A stretch of DNA of 64,000 bases from Emcibacter sp. (GTDB lineage Bacteria > Pseudomonadota > Alphaproteobacteria > Sphingomonadales > Emcibacteraceae), in NCBI GenBank assembly GCA_021647465.1, contig JAKIUQ010000001.1, forward strand, positions 35,962 through 99,961, in the 5' to 3' direction. This document shows, one piece after another, positions 58,440-64,000 of the stretch; within the stretch, counting starts at the first letter, position 1; each line of letters starts with the position of its first letter. The translations under genes were made by a program, and so were the position numbers. Below the pieces are notes generated by a model. It worked only from the letters and a program-made list of their open reading frames with translations. It was not told the origin of the DNA and ran no database searches.

Positions 58440-59254
58440 AGGCTCTTTTTATGTTTGCGAAAGATAAGATAAAGCCCGATCAAAACCATCGGAATGGACA
58501 GCAGCTGGCCCATGGTCAGAAAACCTGTGCCATATAGAAAACCAATATGATTATCCGGCTCGCGGAAATATTCAACAAAGCCGCGTGCGGCGGCATAACC
58601 AATGATAAAAATTCCGGTTAACATGCCGGGCTTTTTCCGAATGTTGGTGAAATAAAACAGAAACCAGAGCAACAAGAATAAAAGCAATCCTTCCAGAACA
58701 GCTTCATACAGCTGGCTCGGGTGACGGGGAAGGGGGCCGCCGCGCGGAAATACCATGCCGATTGGCGCATCGGTGATCCGGCCAAATAATTCCCCGTTTA
58801 TAAAGTTGCTTAACCGCCCCAGAAATAATCCGATGGGGGAGACACAAGCCATCAGGTCGGTAAAGCGAAAAAAAGGAATTTTATGTTTTCTGCAAAAGAA
58901 ATAGCTGGCGATAGCCACACCGATGAAACCACCATGGAAAGACATTCCCCCGTCCCAGAGGGCAAGAATATCTCCCGGATGCCTCAGGTAAAAGTCAAAA
59001 TTATAAAATAACACATAGCCGAGCCGCCCGCCGAGGATAATCCCCATCATCGCCCAGAAAAAGAAGTCCCCAACCTGCGCGGCGTTGACGGGCGCGCCTT
59101 TTTTTTTAATCAATTGCAACATATGAAACCAGGCAATGCCCCAGCCCAGAAGATAAGCCATGGAATACCAGCGAATCGTCAGAGGGCCAATTTTAACAAT
59201 ATCAGGAGAAATATTCGGAAAGGTAAGGCTGGTGGATAATAAAATTTCTAACAT
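58436..59254 (-). CDS. lgt: Prolipoprotein diacylglyceryl transferase
   Basis: IRWYSMAYLLG, GGRLGYVLFY, GGMSFHGG and HPSQLYE motifs. Confidence 0.95.
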   Translation of the reverse strand: MLEILLSTSLTFPNISPDIVKIGPLTIRWYSMAYLLGWGIAWFHMLQLIKKKGAPVNAAQVGDFFFWAMMGIILGGRLGYVLFYNFDFYLRHPGDILALWDGGMSFHGGFIGVAIASYFFCRKHKIPFFRFTDLMACVSPIGLFLGRLSNFINGELFGRITDAPIGMVFPRGGPLPRHPSQLYEAVLEGLLLFLLLWFLFYFTNIRKKPGMLTGIFIIGYAAARGFVEYFREPDNHIGFLYGTGFLTMGQLLSIPMVLIGLYLIFRKHKKSL

Positions 59255-59453
59255 ATATTCATTGCCGATTATCGCTGTTTTACACTTGTTTAACGGCCAT
59301 CATGCAGGGCTTTTATCGCAAGTCAAGGTTCAATGAAATGAATCCGTTTGGTTTTCATAGTCAGTTCAGTCATATTATACTTTAAATCTTTGAAAGAACT
59401 GGCTAAGTTTCCTAAAAACTTATGTGATATAATTTTATTTAAAAGGGCGATAC

Positions 59454-59732
59454 GTGCAGACCGATAATAAATTTTTTGATGATCTGGCAAAATTAGGCCA
59501 AAGCGCCGCCGGAACCCTTCACGGGGTAAAGGGCGAATTTGAGGCCATGTTTCGCGCGCGGCTGGACTATATCCTGAAAGATATGGATCTGGTTACGCGG
59601 GAAGAATTCGAGGTGGTGCGTGATATGGCCAAAGAAGCCCGCGCAGAGAATGAGCTATTGGTCCGGAGAATCACAGAAATCGAAAAACAGTTAACGGCAA
59701 AAGCAAAAACCCGTAAAGACACAAAAAAATGA
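59454..59732 (+). CDS. ubiK: Accessory factor UbiK (BMFP) family protein
   Basis: 92 aa with FFDDLAKLGQSAAG...DLVTREEFEVVRDM. GTG start. Confidence 0.78.
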   Translation: MQTDNKFFDDLAKLGQSAAGTLHGVKGEFEAMFRARLDYILKDMDLVTREEFEVVRDMAKEARAENELLVRRITEIEKQLTAKAKTRKDTKK

Positions 59733-60235
59733 CAGCAGTTGATAATGATATCTTTGATGGTTTGGTGGAAAATCCGCTCGATATACTGGAAATGATCGCC
59801 GGTCAGAATGAATGGCCGTATGAGCGTTCGGCAGATGACGAAATTACGGTTGCGGTAAGCGGTGAATGGTGCGATTTTCATATTCGGTATTTTTGGGTTG
59901 AAGGTGAAAATCTGCTTCAGGCGGCGGCGATGATGGATATGCGCGTGCCAGACAGTAAAAAAGCCAAAACATTGGAAACCATCAATTTGGTGAATGAAAA
60001 ACTGGCCATCGGACATTTCGCGATCTGGACCGAAGATAATAGCTTGATGTTCCGTCATAGCAATATGGTTGGCATAAGCCAGAGCGTTACGGCGGATATC
60101 TGCGAAAAAGTCACGGAGACAATTTTACGGGAAAGCAATAAATATTATCCTGTTTTTCAGTTTGTTTTATGGGCCGGCCAAAGCCCGGAAGAGGCCATAA
60201 GATCTGCCATGCTGGAAACAATCGGCGAAGCTTGA
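59729..60235 (+). CDS. YbjN domain-containing protein
   Basis: 168 aa, acidic. The pattern NPLDILEMIAGQNEWPYERSADDEITVAVSGEW is as in the YbjN/T3SS-chaperone-like family. ATGA overlap with ubiK. Confidence 0.7.
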   Translation: MTAVDNDIFDGLVENPLDILEMIAGQNEWPYERSADDEITVAVSGEWCDFHIRYFWVEGENLLQAAAMMDMRVPDSKKAKTLETINLVNEKLAIGHFAIWTEDNSLMFRHSNMVGISQSVTADICEKVTETILRESNKYYPVFQFVLWAGQSPEEAIRSAMLETIGEA

Positions 60236-60271
60236 TTCTTTCCCTCTGAATTACCCATACAGGAAACTCAT

Positions 60272-61114
60272 ATGTCCAAACTATCCCTTATTCGGCCTGA
60301 AAAGCCCTTGTTACTGATCGGCTGCGGCAAAATGGGCGGTGCCATGCTGCAGGGCTGGTTGGCAGGCGGCTTATCCGGTGATGCCGTTATCGTCGTTGAT
60401 CCGGACAAGGCAGGCGTATTAACCATGCTGCCTGACTTAAATACCAATAATATTGTTGCGGATATAGCGGAATTACCCAGCACACTGGCCCCCTCATTCA
60501 TTGTTCTGGCCGTTAAGCCTCAATTCATGGATCAGGCGATGGACAGCCTGAAATCCCTGAATTATGGGGCAGCTGTTTTTCTATCCATCGCGGCGGGCAA
60601 GACTATTGGATATTTTGAACGTCATTTGGGGCAGGCTGCGGCTATCGTTCGCGCTATGCCCAATACGCCCGCATCCATCGGCAAGGGTATTACGGTGGGC
60701 TATCCCAATAAGAATGTGAACCCGTCTCAGAAAGACATTTGCCATGATCTCTTGTCGGCTGTTGGCGGCGTTGAATGGGTCGAAGAAGAAAAATTAATCG
60801 ACGCGGTAACCGCCGTTTCCGGCAGCGGCCCGGCCTATGTATTTAGTATGGTTGAGGCATTGGCCGGGGCGGGGGAACAGGTGGGCCTGCCCGCAGATCT
60901 TGCCAGAAAGCTGGCACGGGCGACCATATGCGGTGCCGGAGCTTTGCTTGAACAGTCAGATGAGAGCGCCGCGCAGCTTCGCATGAATGTGACCAGCCCG
61001 GGCGGGACGACCGAGGCCGCCTTGAATGTCCTGATGGGGGAAAAAGGCCTTGGCAAACTCATGAGTGAAACCGTCCGCGCCGCTCATCAAAAATCAAAAA
61101 ATCTGGCAGATTAG
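60272..61114 (+). CDS. proC: Pyrroline-5-carboxylate reductase
   Basis: IGCGKMGGAM, VRAMPNTPASIGKG and TSPGGTTEAAL motifs. Confidence 0.95.
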   Translation: MSKLSLIRPEKPLLLIGCGKMGGAMLQGWLAGGLSGDAVIVVDPDKAGVLTMLPDLNTNNIVADIAELPSTLAPSFIVLAVKPQFMDQAMDSLKSLNYGAAVFLSIAAGKTIGYFERHLGQAAAIVRAMPNTPASIGKGITVGYPNKNVNPSQKDICHDLLSAVGGVEWVEEEKLIDAVTAVSGSGPAYVFSMVEALAGAGEQVGLPADLARKLARATICGAGALLEQSDESAAQLRMNVTSPGGTTEAALNVLMGEKGLGKLMSETVRAAHQKSKNLAD

Positions 61115-61148
61115 ACTCTGATGTGCAGAATGTTAGGATAACTTGGCT

Positions 61149-61649
61149 TTATTCGCCAATATCTATGTTGATCCGATTTAAAATCTCTTCGCGGTTGTCT
61201 TCGGTCAGCAGGGCTGATAATACTTTCCAGAAGCCTTCTACTGAACTGTCGCCGGCCTTTTCAAAGGCCTTGAGCATATGGTCTTTTTGATGTTCGGTGA
61301 TGCTATCCAAAAGTTTTTGGCCTTGATCTGTTAAGTAGAGCAACCGTTGCCGCCTGTCCTGAGCGCCGATATCCTGTCTGATATAGCCCTTTTCAACCAG
61401 AGTGCTTAAGACCCGGGACAGGCTTTGTTTGGTTATATTAAGCAGTTTGAGTAATTCAGCGACTTTCAATCCGGCGTTGCGGCCAACAAAATGCAAAACC
61501 CGGTGGTGCGCGCGGCCAAAGCCATAGGTATGCAATACATCATCCGGCCAGCTGATAAAGTCCCGGTAGCCAAAATATAACAGTTCCATTCCTTTAAGGA
61601 ATTTTTGATGATTATCATGTGATTTTATGTCAAAAAATACGTCAGTCAT
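61149..61649 (-). CDS. MarR family transcriptional regulator
   Basis: Winged HTH LKVAELLKLLNITKQSLSRVLSTLVEKGYIRQ...DRRQRLLYLT. ATG at 61649 is preferred. Confidence 0.85.
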   Translation of the reverse strand: MTDVFFDIKSHDNHQKFLKGMELLYFGYRDFISWPDDVLHTYGFGRAHHRVLHFVGRNAGLKVAELLKLLNITKQSLSRVLSTLVEKGYIRQDIGAQDRRQRLLYLTDQGQKLLDSITEHQKDHMLKAFEKAGDSSVEGFWKVLSALLTEDNREEILNRINIDIGE

Positions 61650-61666
61650 GTTGACATATTTAAATT

Positions 61667-61707
61667 GTAATGTTACGCATATCAAGTCTTAAGTGTAATA
61701 TAATTAC
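61667..61707. promoter_or_regulatory. Two short GTAA(T)...(A)TTAC inverted repeats in the marR-ilvE divergent intergenic region (possible MarR operator)
   Basis: GTAATGTTAC at 61667-61676 and GTAAT-ATA-ATTAC at 61695-61707, read directly from the sequence. Confidence 0.25.
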
Positions 61708-61724
61708 TTAGAGGTTCTAAAGAA

Positions 61725-62600
61725 ATGTCATCCACAACATACGACGACCGCGACGGCGTTATTTGGTATAATGGTGAACTCATAAACTGGCGCGATGCCA
61801 AGGTTCATATATTGACCCACGCCCTTCATTATGCCAGCAGCGTATTTGAAGGCCAAAAAGCCTATGGCGGCGAGATATTTAAACTGCGCGAACATTCACA
61901 AAGGCTTATTGAATCAGGACGTATGCTGGGATTTGAAAACCCTTATACGGTCGAAGAAATTGATCAGGCGGCCATTGATGTGGTGAAGGCGAATGGTCTT
62001 GTGGATGCTTACGTTCGGCCCCTCGCGTGGCGCGGCTCTGAAATGATGGGGGTCGCGACAAAAGGTTCTAAAATTCATTTTGCCGTTGCCGCATGGGAAT
62101 GGCCGCCCTATTTCGGGGTAGAAGCCCTTCATAAGGGTTTGCGTCTGGAAATGGCCAAATGGCGGCGTCCGGCACCTGATACAGCCCCGGTGCATGCCAA
62201 AGCTGCGGGGCTGTATATGATTGCCTCCCTTTGCAAGGATGCCTCGGCGGCCCATGGGTATGATGATGCGTTGATGCTGGATTACCGGGGGCAAATAGCC
62301 GAAGCCACAGGTGCCAACATATTCTTTTTGAAGGATGGCGTGCTTCATACGCCGACGCCGGATTGTTTTCTGGACGGGATTACCCGCCGGACGGTTATCG
62401 GGCTTGCCAAAAAACGCGGATTCGATGTGGTTGAAAGGGCGATCATGCCCGATGAGATGGCAGATTTTGAGCAAGCCTTCCTGACCGGAACCGCTGCCGA
62501 AGTTACGCCGCTACGTGAAATAGGCCCCTATAATTTTGTGGTTGGTGATGTTTGTAAAACCATGATGAAGGACTATGCCGACCTTGTGAATCGGCGGTAA
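61725..62600 (+). CDS. ilvE: Branched-chain amino acid aminotransferase
   Basis: 291 aa, fold-type IV pattern: HALHYASSVFEGQKAY, EATGANIFF and LTGTAAEVTP. Confidence 0.93.
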   Translation: MSSTTYDDRDGVIWYNGELINWRDAKVHILTHALHYASSVFEGQKAYGGEIFKLREHSQRLIESGRMLGFENPYTVEEIDQAAIDVVKANGLVDAYVRPLAWRGSEMMGVATKGSKIHFAVAAWEWPPYFGVEALHKGLRLEMAKWRRPAPDTAPVHAKAAGLYMIASLCKDASAAHGYDDALMLDYRGQIAEATGANIFFLKDGVLHTPTPDCFLDGITRRTVIGLAKKRGFDVVERAIMPDEMADFEQAFLTGTAAEVTPLREIGPYNFVVGDVCKTMMKDYADLVNRR

Positions 62601-62614
62601 GTTTGTCGGCTTTT

Positions 62615-62630
62615 AAAAGAATATTCTTTT
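62615..62630. promoter_or_regulatory. Perfect 16-bp palindrome AAAAGAATATTCTTTT between ilvE and argG
   Basis: Read directly from the sequence. It lies 15 bp after the ilvE stop and about 130 bp before the argG ATG. Confidence 0.3.
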
Positions 62631-62669
62631 TGGAGCGCATCATTCGAATTTTCTTGTTACTTTGACGTG

Positions 62670-62696
62670 GGAAGCAGTTGCTTCCTGCGTTTTTTT
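62670..62696 (+). terminator. Intrinsic terminator of ilvE
   Basis: GGAAGC-AGTT-GCTTCC followed by TGCGTTTTTTT. Confidence 0.7.
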
Positions 62697-62757
62697 GCCT
62701 ATACTGCGCGGGAAAAATTGGCATATGCTTAAATCACAGACAGTGCAGGAAATACAG

Positions 62758-63993
62758 ATGACAAAGAAAATCAAAAAAGTAGTTCTGGCCTATTCGGGCG
62801 GCCTTGACACCTCCATTATTTTGAAATGGCTGAAAGATACCTATGATTGTGAGGTCGTGACTTTTACAGCGGATCTCGGTCAGGGTGAAGAATTGGAGCC
62901 CGCCCGTAAAAAGGCAGAGATGTTTGGCGTCAAAGAGATTTTCATCGAAGATCTTCGGGAAGAATTTGTCCGCGATTATGTCTTCCCCATGTTTCGGGCC
63001 AATGCGCTTTATGAAGGGGTTTATCTGCTCGGAACCTCTATTGCCCGTCCCTTGATCGCCAAACGCCAGATTGAAATTGCCCATGCGGTTGGGGCGGATG
63101 CTGTTTGTCACGGCGCCACCGGAAAAGGCAATGATCAGGTTCGTTTTGAACTGGGTTATTATGCCCTTGACCCCGATATTAAAGTGATTGCCCCTTGGCG
63201 GGAATGGGACCTGAACAGCCGGACTAAGCTGATTGATTACGCGGAAAAACATCAAATCCCCGTAGAAAAAGACAAGCGCGGCGAGGCGCCATTCTCTGTT
63301 GACGCCAATCTGTTGCATACGTCGAGCGAGGGCAAACTTCTGGAAGACCCGTGGGATGAAAGCCCTGAATATATCTTTAACCGCACTGTTTCACCAGAGG
63401 ATGCGCCGGATAAGCCGACCTATATCGAGGTTGAATTCAAAAGCGGCGATGCGGTTGCGATTGACGGCGTTAAAATGTCACCGGCGACGATTCTGACAAA
63501 ATTAAACGAACTTGGCGGAGCCAATGGTATTGGCCGTCTTGATTTGCTTGAAAACCGTTTTGTCGGCATGAAATCACGGGGCATATACGAAACGCCGGGC
63601 GGCACTATCCTGCTGACCGCGCATAGGGGCATTGAAAGCATCACCCTTGACGGCGGGGCCATGCATTTAAAAGACGAACTGATGCCCAAATATGCCGAAT
63701 TGATTTATAATGGATTCTGGTTTTCGCCCGAGCGTGAGATGCTTCAGGCCCTGATTGATAAATCGCAGGAACATGTGAGCGGCGCTGTGCGGCTCAAGCT
63801 GTATAAAGGCGGTGTGCATCTGGTGGGCCGCAAATCACCTGAGGATTCGCTCTATTCTATGGAGCATGTGACTTTCGAGGAAGACGAGGTTTACGATCAA
63901 CGCGATGCGGCAGGCTTTATCAAGCTGAATGCCCTGCGCCTGCGGCTGCTGAACAAACGCGGAAAAACGCGGGTTAACCCAAGTTACGAATAA
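62758..63993 (+). CDS. argG: Argininosuccinate synthase
   Basis: [14 protein letters not shown] and [14 protein letters not shown] motifs. ATG at 62758 is preferred, because the 32-codon extension crosses the ilvE terminator. Confidence 0.95.
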   Translation: MTKKIKKVVLAYSGGLDTSIILKWLKDTYDCEVVTFTADLGQGEELEPARKKAEMFGVKEIFIEDLREEFVRDYVFPMFRANALYEGVYLLGTSIARPLIAKRQIEIAHAVGADAVCHGATGKGNDQVRFELGYYALDPDIKVIAPWREWDLNSRTKLIDYAEKHQIPVEKDKRGEAPFSVDANLLHTSSEGKLLEDPWDESPEYIFNRTVSPEDAPDKPTYIEVEFKSGDAVAIDGVKMSPATILTKLNELGGANGIGRLDLLENRFVGMKSRGIYETPGGTILLTAHRGIESITLDGGAMHLKDELMPKYAELIYNGFWFSPEREMLQALIDKSQEHVSGAVRLKLYKGGVHLVGRKSPEDSLYSMEHVTFEEDEVYDQRDAAGFIKLNALRLRLLNKRGKTRVNPSYE

Positions 63994-64000
63994 GTAAATT

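Overview
This 64-kb window looks like ordinary core chromosome from a moderately AT-rich alphaproteobacterium. That inference rests on hallmark alphaproteobacterial genes: ccrM, gapR (DUF2312), rcdA (DUF1465), DUF1192, DUF1244, DUF1285, petABC and split pntAA/pntAB/pntB. About 65 tightly packed protein-coding genes are present, nearly all housekeeping. They cover central and energy metabolism (korAB, pntAB, pyk, petABC, hemF, a cysI-like sulfite reductase, prs, proC, ilvE, argG), translation (rpmJ, rpmE, rplY, efp, pth, ychF, cca, trmL), envelope (lgt, pgeF, an OprO/P-type porin, MATE and ABC exporters), signalling (two histidine kinases, a sigma-54 activator, one MCP) and cell-cycle factors. 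By eye I found no rRNA, tRNA, CRISPR array, transposase, integrase or phage gene. Several intrinsic terminators and a few phased repeats or palindromes in promoter regions are visible. I see no clear-cut novel system. The most unusual items are: (1) a translationally coupled non-flagellar MotA/MotB-like pair with long coiled-coil extensions, preceded by an OmpA-like ORF that lacks a canonical start codon; (2) an orphan minus-strand terminator preceded by a CCUCCCC stretch between rnhB and cysI, a candidate sRNA; (3) four GANTC sites packed into the ccrM promoter; (4) a solitary HerA-like ATPase. All family calls come from motif recognition in the translated ORFs, with no database search. Several start codons were re-picked by eye, because the ORF track also uses TTG/GTG starts.
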